NCBI RefSeq assembly: GCF_006345805.1
Contig: NC_043016.1
Coordinates: 23,374,001-23,438,000, forward strand
Source of the DNA: Octopus sinensis
Taxonomy: Eukaryota
Reading direction: 5' to 3'
Length of the DNA: 64,000 nt
Position 1 is the stretch's first letter. The number at the start of each line of letters is the position of its first letter. The position numbers were made by a program, and so were the translations under genes. The notes under the pieces are model-generated. The model was given only the letters and a program-made list of their open reading frames with translations, did no database searches and was not told where the DNA came from. This document shows positions 50,069-64,000 of the stretch, in pieces.

Positions 50069-51912
50069 ACAAAGGTCTGAGCAAGGTCTCTGGTGAAGGA
50101 CTGGCAGAGAAAGGTCATTGCTTAAGGGAAGACAGAAATTGGCAGTAATGTTTCTATGGGCACCGCTGCCAAAATGTAAAAAGTAAGGACAGTTACTCTC
50201 ACCAAACCTCTGCTCTGGATAGGCACTTTCCTTGAAAAGATGAAAAACAAAATTGACCTTGCAAGGATTTGAGCATGAAATGTAAATAGTTGATGCAAAT
50301 ACCACATGGCATTGTATCTAGTGTTCTACTGACCCTAATCAATTCATTGCCAGGACATGGTCAATAACAGCCTAAATATATGTAGGTCAATCTCCGAATA
50401 AAAGACATGTGAGTAAACCAGGGCTTTTGGTATGAAATATTGCAACAGAATCATCTATGTTGAAGATATCTGAGAATCAAATGATAGAGCTAAATGGACA
50501 TCTAAACACACACTACCAATATGAAGGGGACAGGGAACTAATGTTGGTGTATATGAAGAGTGTGTGTGTGTGTAGGGAGAGAGGGAGAGATGGGGAGAGA
50601 CAAAGAGAGATAGTGAGAATGAAGAGCGTGTGAGTGTATAGAGTGTAGGGGAGAATGTGTATGTGTGTATGAAGAGTGCGTTATATGTGTATAGAGTATA
50701 TGTGTATGTGGATAGTGTGTGTATGGAAAGTGTGTGGAAGGGGGCTGTAGGGTGGTGTGATGCATCTAAGTGGACTGCGTGCATATGGAAACTGTATATG
50801 CGGAAATATGTACAGATAAATGTGTGGAATGTACGTATGTTGAATGTGTGCGTTGTGTACATGTATATATAAAGTGTGTCTGTGTGTGTGGAGTGTTGTT
50901 GAGTGAGCAAGTAAATTCATATATGTGTAGATTACAAGTGAGCGTGAATGGGTGTGTATGGGAGAGAGAGAAAGAGTATATGTATGTGTATGTGTGTGTG
51001 TGTGTGTGTACGGCTGTCAGAATCAATGTTAACAATTTTGACATATTGCAGTAGTTTGGTGAGAAACAGTAGTATAAGAGTTTAAAGTGGCAGTGCAGCC
51101 TGACTAACATTCTCTGTCATTAAATTTTTGGTGGCAACCTATATTTCACTCCATCTATAATTTACCAAATAGCACCTTTGAGAAAAAGGCATGCACATCA
51201 CACACTCACACAAAAATTCATCTCTCTACCACTGCCACCCCAGTCTTATTGTAACACACCAAGCTCCCACCCATCTCACACAAAACTCGTACCTTGTGCC
51301 TGTATGTATGAGATCAATATAATGCAGTATTTACTGGTACAACCTGACAGCGAATAATACAGAGAAGATCAATATGTTATTGAAAGACCATGCTGTAAAA
51401 ATGGTTTATAAATCTTTGTTTGAAGCAGCTGTACAAATTAATACTTTCAAATTTAAAATGCCTTAAAAAAAATTTAAGGAGTAAATGACTGCATGAATAA
51501 TAATAACAATAATAAACTGAATTTTTTTGGTTTATTTAATTGATATATTTCCTTTTTCTCCAACCCTGTGTGCAAAGATACAAGCAAATACAAAAACGCA
51601 TTCCCAACTAGTTCTAACAGTTTATAGCTATACATGGCACATGTCCTTACTGCAAAAATATAATGCATAAATACACATTACATAATGAAGATATGTGTGT
51701 GTGTGTATAAATGTTATATAAATGAATACATGAATATATATATATATATATATGTTATATGTATATATATATGCATTTGTATGAATACAAATGTGTGTGC
51801 GTATGCAATTGTATGAATAAAAATATATATGGCTGGATGGAGGTATACATGCATTTGCATGATGTATGTATGTATGCATATGTATGACTACAAATATATA
51901 AATATAATGCAT

Positions 51913-52081
51913 TGGCTGTGTGGTAAGTAGCTTGCTAACCAACCATATGGTTCTGGGTTCAGCCCCACTGCGTGGCATCTTGGGCAAGTGTCTTCTGCTA
52001 TAGCCCCGGGCCGACCAATGCTTTGTGAGTGATTTTGGTAGACGGAAACTGAAGAAGCTGTCGTATATATGTATATATATA

Positions 52082-52113
<32 letters not shown>

Positions 52114-52132
52114 TTGTCATATATGTGGGTTG

Positions 52133-52164
<32 letters not shown>

Positions 52165-52366
52165 GTGTGTGTTGTCGCCCCTAGCATTGCTTGACAACCG
52201 ATGCTGGTGTGTTTACGTCCCCGTCACTTAGCGGTTCGGCAAAAGGTCCGATAGAATAAGTACTGGGCTTACAAAGAATAAGTCCCGGGGTCGATTTGTT
52301 CGACTAAAGGCGGTTGCTCCAGCATGGCCGCAGTCAAAATGAAACTGAGTGAAAAAAGTAAAAGAG
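51913..52366 (+). mobile_element. Complete family A tRNA-derived SINE
   Basis: A-box TGGCTGTGTGG, B-box GGTTCAGCCCC, CORE-like CTTGGGCAAGTG, internal (TA)/(GT) microsatellite, gtaaaaga tail. Confidence 0.92.
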
Positions 52367-52526
52367 TGGTAAAACGATGATGATGATGATATATATGTGC
52401 ACACACACATACAAATCAAATTGTTATTAAATAATACATGTAACTCCAACAAAATGTGTAGAATGCCACTTTGTTTTGTTTGTCCACCCATATATATGAA
52501 TAAAAAAACATCTATATTTACATTTA

Positions 52527-52582
<56 letters not shown>

Positions 52583-52911
52583 TACATATATGTAGATATA
52601 TAGATATGTACAACCATATATACACACAGATATATAGTCTCATCCAATATCAAAATGGATTACTTAAGTGGAATAGTGGAATATTTGAAAATTATGAAAC
52701 TTTTCACATGAAACCATTTGTAGCATTGTTGATCCACTAATATAGAATATATTTATCCAGAAAACCACCAGATGCAGTATTGGGCACTCATTCTCACAGA
52801 TCACCACTATCATATAAATTTTATGTGTGTGTCTGTGAGTGTGCATGTTTATGCGTGTGTTGTGTACGCATACACATATAAATATATATTTATATACACA
52901 TATATGAACAA

Positions 52912-52961
<50 letters not shown>

Positions 52962-53169
52962 TACATATATATATATATACATATATATATATATTATATA
53001 TATACAAATAAATACACACCACACACCACACATAAATAAAAATGTATACAGATATATATATATCACTGTATCAACCAGACTATGTGTTACATATTGCTGA
53101 TCACAATGTACTTCCAATTCTTCCTTGAATGTGCCATACTTTCCCACCTTCGCCCAAATCATTTAAGTA

Positions 53170-54200
53170 AATCATCATCCCATCATCACAGAGGCCTTCC
53201 AAATGGTCTTTCTTGATCTTTTGAATACCATTTGCTTTGGTAACTGCATGGATGCATCTGTTGGCAGTGAAAATTGTGACATTTCTGGCCCAGCAGAACT
53301 TGTGCTTTCAGCATTTTGCAATTATGTTGTTCACTCTGCAGTGTTCCCTATCTCATTTCCAATATGCTCTCACAATGACATTCCTAGCATGGATATTTCA
53401 ATTGCCCCTTTGCATCATAGCCAATCTATGTGTTTCCCTCTTTAGGAAACTACATTTCAATTGCATATAAGACCACAGATAGACTGATGCTTTTGAAGAG
53501 TCTGGCACATGATCTTGTCCATCTTTGCTTTGAGTACATTACTTCACTGAGGCAAGTGCCTTCAATCCTACCTTTATTCTCTTTGAAGCTACATTTTCAG
53601 ATTGCATATATTTTGTTTCTATGCAGTTCATTTTAAGGCCAACAACTGAGCTATGTATGGGTGTCCAGCTCTATCAGCATATTCTGCAGCAGATTTGTAA
53701 GTTTGGTGATGATTTCAAGGTCAACTGCAAATGCAGGTGTGTTAGTAGTTACCTGTCCAGTCAATGTTTCTCATGACCACTTCTAGGCATACAGTGGAGA
53801 ATTTTAGAGAGATGGTATCTCCTTTCACGCCTTTCCCAATTAGAACTCTTACTGGTGGAGATAGCAGTTTGGTGTACTGAGCCTCAACACCTTGTTTTTC
53901 AAAAGATTTCAGCACTGCATTCATCTCATTAAAGGTCTTTCCATGGTGGGCAAAAGCAATGCACAGTGGCAGCTTAACATCTCTGTTGTTACGCAATCTT
54001 TTCTTGGAGCTTTCTCTTCTATCAGCTTGAGGGCATTTTCAGTTTCTCTGACCAGAATGGCTACATTTGTGGCAGTGAAGGATTAAGCTTTACTGATGAT
54101 TTAAAAAGGTTGGTGTAGAAAGCTTTGTATGCCTCTTACATCTCCCCTTTGTCGCTTTGAACCCATCCTTGTTCTTAAGCTCTCTCCTATATTATTTTTA
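53170..54200 (-). mobile_element. RT fragment of a second RTE-type LINE family
   Basis: LPLCIAF....K.F..MNAVL.S...QGVE..Y.KLL...I.KGVK.GDTIS.K..T.CLE.VMR.IDW (ORF 53742-53996), with flanking decayed RT sequence. Confidence 0.8.
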
Positions 54201-54423
54201 GATTTTTCCTTTCACCTGCATTAACTTCTTTAATATATATATATACAATATTATTATTGTTATTATTATTAACGTTATTTAAAAACTGAAATTGTTCAAA
54301 TAATTATGTAGTTCCTCTATTTCATTTGTCCACTCCCTTGTTTGAAGTATGTGTGCGTGTGTGTGTGAGTTAAGAAAAAAGATGACAAAGGAATAAATTA
54401 TTATTTTGTGAACTTACTAATGA

Positions 54424-54822
54424 CTCTTTTACTCTTTTACTTGTTTCAGTCATTTGACTGTGGCCATGCTGGAGCACCACCTTTAGTCGAGCAAATCGAC
54501 CTCAGGACGACTTCTTTGTAAGCCTAGTACTTATTCTATTGGTCTCTTTTGCCGAACTGCTAAGTTACGGGGACGTAAACACACCAGCATTGGTTGTCAA
54601 GCAATGTTAGCGGGGACAAACACAGACACACAAACATATACACACACACATATATATATATATATATACAACAGGTTTCTTTCAGTTTCCATCTACCAAA
54701 TTCACTCACAAGGCTTTGGTCGGCCTGAGGCAACACACTTGCCCAAGGTGCTACGCAGTGGGACTGAACCCAGAAACAATTGGTTGGTAAGCAAGCTACT
54801 TACCACACAGCCACTCCTATGC
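54424..54822 (-). mobile_element. Family A SINE, near full length
   Basis: Reverse complement of the 51913-52366 copy. Confidence 0.92.
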
Positions 54823-55139
54823 CTAAGATAACTGTTGACTCCTTTGTCGTCTCTTTTCTTATTACTGCACTGTACTCAACTAATGCTTTGTTCTGAGGCT
54901 TACGTATACTGAGTTCTACACCAGGTTATTAATTTCACAATGCTTTCACAGGATTCAGCAAGCCTCACAGGGTCGCATTGAGATCTAATGTCTACTTTGG
55001 TATGGTATATGTGTAAAGAAAACAAAATGTGTGTGTGCATGCAAGAGAGAGTGTGTATGTAAGTGTGTGAAAATATGCATATTAAATACCAAATACCTAA
55101 ACAAGAAACTAATCCAGTATACTTAGCAAGGGATGAGAC

Positions 55140-55336
55140 AGAAAAGACATTCTAAGACATGCGGATCAGAGGCATGTGGTGTTCTGCTTTGCTAGACAAT
55201 GTACTTAGAGGAAACCAAATGTTGTCGGGGAGGAGTGTGTATTGAATGATAATGGCACACTTGCTCCCACAGATGCTGATAAGAAAGAGAAATGGGAATG
55301 CTACTATGAAAAGCTGAAAATGGAAAATGCATGGGA

Positions 55337-55418
<82 letters not shown>

Positions 55419-57183
55419 CTACCCCATGCAGACTCAACAGAGGGACCAGCCATCCAAGTTGACAGTGGCATGTTAGGTAGAATAATAAGGGACATGAAAG
55501 TAAGAAAAGCAGCTATTGGGGATAGTTGCCAAGATGCTTAAAATATCTGGCAAAGTAGGGTACACAGTAGTCATTCGAATAGCAAACTGAGTTATAAAGG
55601 CTACTATTAGACTCGACCAGTAGTGCAATATCATTGTAAACAGCAGCCTTGAGCCATCAAGTATAGCAAATTTTTGGTTTGAAGGTTCAACAGAAAATAT
55701 CAATGGCTTTGAAAATATTCATTGTGCCTGCAACAATGCAATGAGTTTCTGTCATATCTTCATTTTACATTCTATAAATGTGTTTTATTAACAAGCCACA
55801 ACATAGAGAAAACTTTTATGCCAGAGGTGTCAGATTCATTTGGCTTTGCTGGTCAGTATGGCAGATAGAGCTGTAAGAGATACGAAGACTATCAGGAATA
55901 ATTGTCAAGATGTTTAAAGCATCTTGAAAAGTAGGGTACAGGGTAACCACTCAAACAGTAAATCAAGAAATACAAGATGTCATATCCAATGACAGGTGTT
56001 GCAGTATCATTGTAAACTGCATTGAAGAGTAAGGGAGATCCACCCAAAAGCGGTAACCAAAGAGGAATAAAAAATATTGGATTATGGTTGTGAAAATTAC
56101 AGAAAGAATTATTGCAAAACAGATGAGGAATAAGATTAGTCTAGATGAGGTGCAATTTAGTACTGTCCCACAAAGAAGCATCACTGAATATGGAGTGCCA
56201 TGAAGGGGCACCACATATTCATTGTAAGACAACTGCAAATGAAGTACATAGCTAAGAACTCCTCTTTGATAGAGTTCATCATTCTGTGATTTAGTGGTTA
56301 CTAAGGAAACTAGGAGTAGCTGAGTGGCATGCGTACAATCTATATATGGAGGGAAGTCAGAAAGGTGATAGTCAGCAGTGATTTCACAGATGAATTTAGT
56401 GTGCAGGTAGGGGTACATCAGACATGAAAGCAAAATACAGATCTGAAAGTCTTTGAAGTAAACAGTGAAAACAAACATTTTAGTAATTAGGAAGGAAATT
56501 GAGAACTTCAGTAAGGTGTGCCCAGTGTAAAAAAACAAAGAACACACAAAAAGTTGCAGTAGGATCAAAAACAGGCGAACAGAGAAGGTAGATTTCAGAT
56601 GGAGTAGGTGCACTGGAGCAGAAAGCACTAAGAATTTTCAGGAAATAGATTCTCTCAAATACCCAAATGATCCACTAGACAGCTTTTACTAGTAATGGTG
56701 TGGGGTGGATGTTCCTAAAGTGTTGTGGCCTGAGTAAGAATTGGTTGGTGAAAGTTCAGGGAAGTATTTACTTTGCTGGCAACAAACAGCTCATCCTTCA
56801 AAATCAAGGGTAGATTGTTTGATGCTTGTGTACAAACTGCATTGCTGCATGGGTGTATGCTTTGAGTGCAGAAAACATGCAAAGGTTGGAAAGAAATGTA
56901 GTGACCAGACTTTACTGGATGTACTATATTAGTGTGCATAACCACATGGTGTAAATGAATTGAGAATTGGCTTATGTCGAATCAAATGCAGAGTGCAAAA
57001 GAGGAGACTGCAATGGGTGTATTATGTGGATGCATAAACTGGATAAGGAAGCATAAACTGATGCCAAGTTCTCAAAATGGTAAAAAGGAGACCAAGGCAG
57101 ACTTGAGATGAGGTGATGAAAAATGATTTCAAGATGATGCATCTTATAGAGACTAATAGGAAACCATGTTGGATGGCACACAA

Positions 57184-57190
<7 letters not shown>
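55140..57190 (+). mobile_element. Old RTE LINE fragment containing an expanded (AG)n microsatellite
   Basis: KWECYYEKL.MENAW(ER)nLPHADSTEGPAIQVDS.M....IRDMK..K matches the linker at 1473-1757; decayed RT and C-terminal motifs follow. Confidence 0.8.
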
Positions 57191-57217
<27 letters not shown>

Positions 57218-57383
57218 GTATACATAAACATATATATATGCACATATATACATACACATACACCTATATACCTATATACATACACACAAATGCAAACACG
57301 CATATTATATATATATATATATATATAGTTAATCCAAACAAGAAAGCACAAAAAAACACAACGCGAGGACGTGGACAAATATA

Positions 57384-57435
<52 letters not shown>

Positions 57436-57464
57436 TGTGTGTGTGTGGATGTGTGTGTGTGTGT

Positions 57465-57502
<38 letters not shown>

Positions 57503-57629
57503 CCTTAAATCCTTAAAAATGCTTTAGCCCGAAGGCTGCGGCCTTGCTGGGGCACCACTGCTGAATGAGCTACTAATATATGAATCCACTCTGATACATG
57601 GCACATGATCAAAGTGTATATATATATAT

Positions 57630-57875
57630 ATCATCATCATCATCATCGTTTAACGTCCGTTTTCCGCGCTAGCACGGGTTGGACGGTTTCGACCGGGGTC
57701 TGGGGAGCTAGGGACTGCCCCAGGCTCCAGTCTAGTCTGGCAGTTTCTCTATAGCTGGATGCCCTTCCTAACGCCAACCACTCCGCGAGTGTAGTGGGTG
57801 TTTTTTACGTGCCACCTGCACAGGTGCCAGAGGGGTCTGGCATCGGCCACGTTCGGATGGTGCTTTTTATGTGGG
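57630..57875 (-). mobile_element. RTE 3'UTR fragment with (GAT)n tail
   Basis: catcatcatcgtttaacgtccg..gatgcccttcctaacgccaaccactcc. Confidence 0.85.
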
Positions 57876-58113
57876 GGGGGGGCACCATTGGGGAGGGGCA
57901 GTTCAGAGAAATGATGACAGGTTCTAGGCAAGTAGAACGTAGGATATCAAGAGAGGGGTATGCATGGTTAAAATAGCGTATTGAAGAGGGGTTCGAAGAG
58001 TAGACACTATAATGGTGGGGGGGAAGAAACATCCGGTATAGATGGAGCAAAGATATAGAGATATCCGGTATTGGTGGTGGGGGTGGGCAGGGCGGGTGCA
58101 CCGTGAATACACA

Positions 58114-59334
58114 ATGGCGTATTATAGTCGAGAGGAGAAATGGATAAATTAGCTAAAATAATTAGATAGATAGAGAGATAGAGAAATTAGATAGATAGAG
58201 AAATTAGATAAAAATAGTTAGATAGATAAGAAAGCATGTATGATCGATCGAGAAGTGAAAATAAATAAGCATTCAAACTTATCTGCGCTCGGGTGCTAGA
58301 TGAATGAATGAGAGAGCAAATGTTGGGGCTGCCTTTTTTAAGTAAAAATTGTCTGGAAGAGGAATTTTTGGACAAGGCGGAAGTGTATTAAAGGAACAGG
58401 CTTCAAGATGGCGTATTATAGTTGAGAGTAGAAATGGATAAATTAGTTAAATAGTTGAGAGGAGAAATGGATAAATTAGTTAAAATAATTAGATAGATAG
58501 AGAAATTAGATAAAATACTTAGATAGATAAGAAAGCATGTATGATCGATCGAGAAGTGAAAATAAATAAGCATTCAAACTTATCTGCGCTCGGGTGCTAG
58601 ATGAATGAATGAGTGAGCAAATGTTGGGGCTGCCTTTTTTAAGTAAAAATTGTCCGGATGAGGAATTTTTGGACAAGGCGGAAGTGTATTAAAGGAACAG
58701 GCTTCAAGATGGCGTATTATAGTCGAGAGGAGAAATAGATAAATTAGTTAAATAGTCGAGAGGAGAAATGGATAAATTAGTTAAAATAATTAGATAGATA
58801 GAGAAATTAGATAAAATACTTAGATAGATAAGAAAGCATGTATGATCGATCGAGAAGTGAAAATAAATAAGCATTCAAACTTATCTGCGCTCGGGTGCTA
58901 GATGAATGAATGAGAGAGCAAATGTTGGGGCTGCCTTTTTTAAGTAAAAATTGTCCGGAAGAGGAATTTTTGGACAAGGCGGAAGTGTATTAAAGGAACA
59001 GGCTTCAAGATGGCGTATTATAGTCGAGAGGAGAAATGGATAAATTAGTTAAATAGTCGAGAGGAGAAATGGATAAATTAGTTAAAATAATTAGATAGAT
59101 AGAGAAATTAGATAAAATACTTAGATAGATAAGAAAGCATGTATGATCGATCGAGAAGTGAAAATAAATACGCATTCAAACTTATCTGCACTCGGGTGCT
59201 AGATGAATGAATGAGTGAGCAAATGTTGGGGCTGCCTTTTTTAAGTAAAAATGTCCGGAAGAGGAATTTTTGGACAAGGCGGAAGTGTATTAAAGGAACA
59301 GGCTTCAAGATGGCATATTATAGTCGAGGAGGAG

Positions 59335-59338
<4 letters not shown>
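58114..59338. repeat. Tandem array of a ~300-bp unit (4 full copies plus a partial fifth)
   Basis: atggc(g/a)tattatagt starts at 58114, 58408, 58709, 59010 and 59310; high identity between units. Confidence 0.97.
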
Positions 59339-59424
<86 letters not shown>

Positions 59425-60768
59425 CATATACATATATATATATATATACATACATATATATACATATATATATATATATACATACATATATATAATATAT
59501 ATATAATAATACATATATATACATATACATATATACATATACATATATATATATATATACATACATATATAACATATATATATATATATACATACATATA
59601 TATACATATATATATATAATACATACATATATATACATATATATATATATATACATACATATATATACATATATATATATATATACATACATAATATATA
59701 TCATATATTATAATATACATACATATATATACATATATATATATATATACATACATATATATACATATATATATATATATACATACATATATATACATAT
59801 ATATATATATTACATACATAATATACATATATATATATATATACATACATATATATATATATATCTATAATATACATTAATATATATATATATACATATA
59901 TTATACATATAAATATATTATTACATACATATATATATATATATATATATACATACATATATATATATATATATATACTATACATATAATAATATACATA
60001 CATATATATACATATATATATATATATACATACATATATATATATATACATACATATATATACAATATATATATACATACATATATATATACATACATAT
60101 ATATACATATATAATACATATATATACATACATATATATACATATATACATACATATATATACATATATATATATATATATACATACATATATATACATA
60201 TATATATATAACATACATATACATATATACATACATATATATACATATATATATATATATACATACATATATATACATATATATATATATATACATACAT
60301 ATATATACATATATACATATATATACATATATATAACATATATACATATATATACAATATATACATATATACATAATATATACATATATATACATATATA
60401 TACATATAATACATATATACATATATATATATACATATTATATATAACATATATACATATATATATATACATATATATACATATAATATACAATATACAT
60501 ATATACATATATATATACATATATACATATATATATACATATACATATATACATATATACATATATACATATATATATACATATATACATATATACATAT
60601 ATATACATCACACATATATATATATATACATACATATATATATATATATACATATATATACATATACAACATATATATACATATATAATATATATATACG
60701 TACATATATATACATATACATACATATAATATACATATATATATATACATATACATACATATTATACA

Positions 60769-60804
<36 letters not shown>

Positions 60805-60856
60805 CATATATATATACATTATATATATATATATACATATATATACATATATATAC

Positions 60857-60907
<51 letters not shown>

Positions 60908-60920
60908 CATATAAATATAA
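59339..60920. repeat. 1.6-kb degenerate (TA)n/(TACA)n tract
   Basis: Direct reading of the sequence. Confidence 0.97.
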
Positions 60921-61001
60921 GTGTGGTCATTGCCAGTGCCATTGGACTGGCTCATGTGCAGATGGCACGTAAAAAGCACCATTTCAGCATATATATGTGT
61001 G

Positions 61002-61067
<66 letters not shown>

Positions 61068-61529
61068 TACACATATGTACAAATATATTCCAGAAAGATT
61101 GCAGAAAAATTGTATGAAGTATTAAAGTTTAATCAATTTTACCTAATCAGAAACCAAGATTTGGAAGCTGGCATTTTCTGCTAGAATTTCCACAAAGTGA
61201 AAGCAAAATCATTATGAGAAGGATATTTTTATTAAACAAATGAAATCAAAGCATTATGATGAACAATATTGTAAGAACTTCCTCTAAGTTTTAATAAGTT
61301 TTAATGAATAAAATCATGTGAAACGGTCGAACAGACATGTAAATAATTTAAAAAGGAAAAATCCACAATGAAGATATTTTTGTGAAATTTTACACAAATT
61401 TGTCCTGACCAAGAATCAAGAATCCTATCTGTCATGGAAGGCATGGTCTGACATGGAATAAACAAAAATTTATGTAAGACATTCTACTGTAAATATTGCT
61501 GGGCAATAATGGACTATTCAGCTACTACA

Positions 61530-62076
61530 TGCATATATGTGTGTATATATATATATATACATACACACACACACATACTCATATACACACACACGTATAC
61601 ACATATACGTACACACGTATACATATACACATATATACACACATATATATATACACACACATATATACATACATACATATATACATACATACATATATAC
61701 ATACATACATATATACATACATACATACCTACATATATACATACCTACATATATACATACATACATACATATATACATACATACATATATATACATACAT
61801 ACATATATATACATACATACATATATATACATACATACATATATATATACATACATACATACATATACATACATACATATATATATACATACATACATAC
61901 ATATACATACATACATATACATACATACATATACATACATACATATACATACATACATATACATACATACATACATACACATACATACATATATACACAT
62001 ACATACATATATACACATACATATATATATACACATACATATATACATATATATACATACATATATATATACATAC

Positions 62077-62113
<37 letters not shown>

Positions 62114-62400
62114 CATATATATATACACACATATATATACACACATATATATATACACACATATATATATATACATACATATATATATACACACATATAT
62201 ATATATACATACATATATATATACAACATATATATATATACATACACATACATATATACATACACATACATATATATATACACATACATATATACATACA
62301 CATACATATATATATACACATACATATATATATACACATATATATGCATATACATATATATGCATATACATATATATGCATATACATATATATATATGAT
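61530..62400. repeat. 0.9-kb (TACA)/(TA)/(CA) tract
   Basis: Direct reading of the sequence. Confidence 0.97.
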
Positions 62401-63029
62401 GATGATGGCCGTCCACTCGTGACTGAGGGAGACCATTGCCGACCTTCGGGAACATTGTGCGCTCAAAGGACTAACTTATATTTTGCATTTGCGGCTCCGT
62501 TGGTGGCTAATGAGCCCTGCTCTTGACAAGCATACACAACTGCAAAACATTGCAGACCAAGCTTTCCCCATTCACTATATATATATATATATATAATAGT
62601 ATATTATTATATATATATATATGTACATACATGTACATACACACATACATATATTATATATATACACAAATACATATATATACACACCATATATATACAC
62701 ACACACATACATATATCCACACATATGCACACACATATGCATACACATACATACGCACACACATACATACAAACATACACACACTCACATATATATATAT
62801 ATATATACACACACACATATGTGTGTATATGTATACATACACATGTGTTGTGTGTGTGTATACATATTTGTACAGTTACAAACATGCCGCTACAACAGTA
62901 CCCTCAATATTTTAGCCCTAGGGTGTTCAAGCTAACGCAAGTTGATTGAACCTACATACCCTTCAGTGGCATCTTCTGTCATCCGACACATACAACCAGA
63001 GAAATCTTGGTCAATATACATTTATAAAT

Positions 63030-63370
63030 ATAATATAAAATTGCTGGGGCAGGTCATGGAAGTTACAGAAAGAGTTGTAATTTGATTAATAAGAGAAAAG
63101 TTATAGCATGATTAATTAGAGAAAGAGTTAAAATCAGATGAGATAAACTTTGGTTTTGTGCCAGGGGCAAGTATTACAGATACCCTCTGCCTTTGTGATG
63201 CAATTACAGAACCTGCTTAAAAGTGAACCTCTGTGCTCACTTGAAAATCTCAAACAAGATTCTTCCCTCTGTGATCTGGTGCTGACCAAAGAAAGTCCAG
63301 GATAGACAAATGGCTTGTGAGAGCCACTCAAATAGTGTATTGAGATGCTGTCAATAAAGGTTGTATAGTA
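63030..63370 (+). mobile_element. Decayed RTE RT N-terminal fragment
   Basis: Remnants corresponding to Q.GF.PG.STTDA.F..QLQE..L.K...L..LE...D....DKWLV...Y.DAV. Confidence 0.6.
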
Positions 63371-63399
63371 ATGAATTTAATATGCAGGACTTGGTTCTT

Positions 63400-64000
63400 A
63401 GTTTGCTCCTCCTGCTTCGCCTCTGCATAATCATCTTCATTTAATATCCACTTTCCTTGCTGGAATGGATTAGACAGTTTCCCTGGAACTGTTAAGCTGG
63501 AGAGCTGTACCAGGTCCCAGACTGATTTAGCATGGTTACTACAGTTGGATGCCCTTCCTAATGCCAGCCACTCCAAGAGTGTAATGGGTGCTTTTTAGGT
63601 GCCATTTAGATGGCACCGGCAACAGCCACAACTACAATTTCATTAGGCTTGACATGTCTTCTTAAGCACAGCATACCACCAAAGGTCTCAGTTACTTATC
63701 GACTCCGTGAGGCCCAACGTTACAAGATTGTGCTACCGGCAATGGCCACAACTATGGTTTCACAGGTACCACTTGAATGGCATCGGTAACAGCCACAACT
63801 ACGATTTCACTTGGCTTAATGAGTCTTCTCAAGCACAGCATATTGCCAAAGGTCTTGATCATTTGTCATCGCCTCCATGAGGCCTAACATTCAAAGATCA
63901 TGCTACCGGCAAGGGCATGATTACAATTCATTTACAAGACACCAGAAATGGCCACAACTATAGTTTCACTTGGCTTAATGAGTCTCCTCAAGTACAGCAT
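63400..64000 (-). mobile_element. RTE 3'UTR plus a tandem array of ~165-bp LINE 3'-end units
   Basis: Units start at ~63617, 63784 and ~63943; each minus-strand unit resembles KHDL..LGL.EAMT.D.DLW.YAVLEKT..AK-stop, as at 17580-17680. Confidence 0.8.

Noticed and set aside
50520-51010. Strongly G/T-skewed segment with overlapping ORFs
   Set aside because: Degenerate (GT)n-derived low-complexity sequence.
49767-52000. tRNA-like A/B-box heads as tRNA genes
   Set aside because: No complete cloverleaf; each continues into a SINE body.
55963-56628. 221-aa minus-strand hydrophobic ORF
   Set aside because: Antisense to decayed RTE RT sequence; no independent support.
58114-59338. Regular repeats as a CRISPR-like array
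   Set aside because: Whole units are repeated with no unique spacers, the context is eukaryotic and there are no cas genes.
44056-62915. Numerous long Tyr/Ile/His/Thr/Cys/Val-rich ORFs (e.g. 59701-60942, 413 aa; 61537-62526, 329 aa)
   Set aside because: Translations of TA/CA microsatellites that lack stops by composition; not genes.

Overview
A 64-kb, AT-rich, repeat-dominated eukaryotic window. Its SINE, RTE and microsatellite landscape looks like an Octopus (cephalopod) genome; this is an inference from repeat types, not a database hit. Only one host gene is supported. It is on the minus strand: a giant open exon (13858-9993) whose apparent stop codon sits inside a GTAAGA splice donor. Splicing it to a 59-nt exon at 5500-5442 restores an ungapped TAP-C/UBA domain (MVEQFATFTNYPFEFSKW|CLEWSQWDYGKAAQTF), which the six-frame ORF track cannot show. 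Weaker colinear LRR-cap and NTF2-like motifs upstream suggest a roughly 1310-aa, highly diverged and expanded NXF (nuclear RNA export factor) paralogue. The rest is decayed mobile DNA: many RTE-clade LINE fragments, three tRNA-derived SINE families (several nested with TSDs), full-length but dead Tc1 and mariner elements, a Helitron remnant, a Helentron/HINE-type element, an RLE-type LINE fragment, an LTR-like segment with a tRNA-Trp primer-binding site and a Penelope GIY-YIG fragment. There are also a 1.33-kb tandem duplication, a 300-bp tandem array and kilobase TA-derived tracts. All family assignments are by-eye motif recognition; no searches were run.
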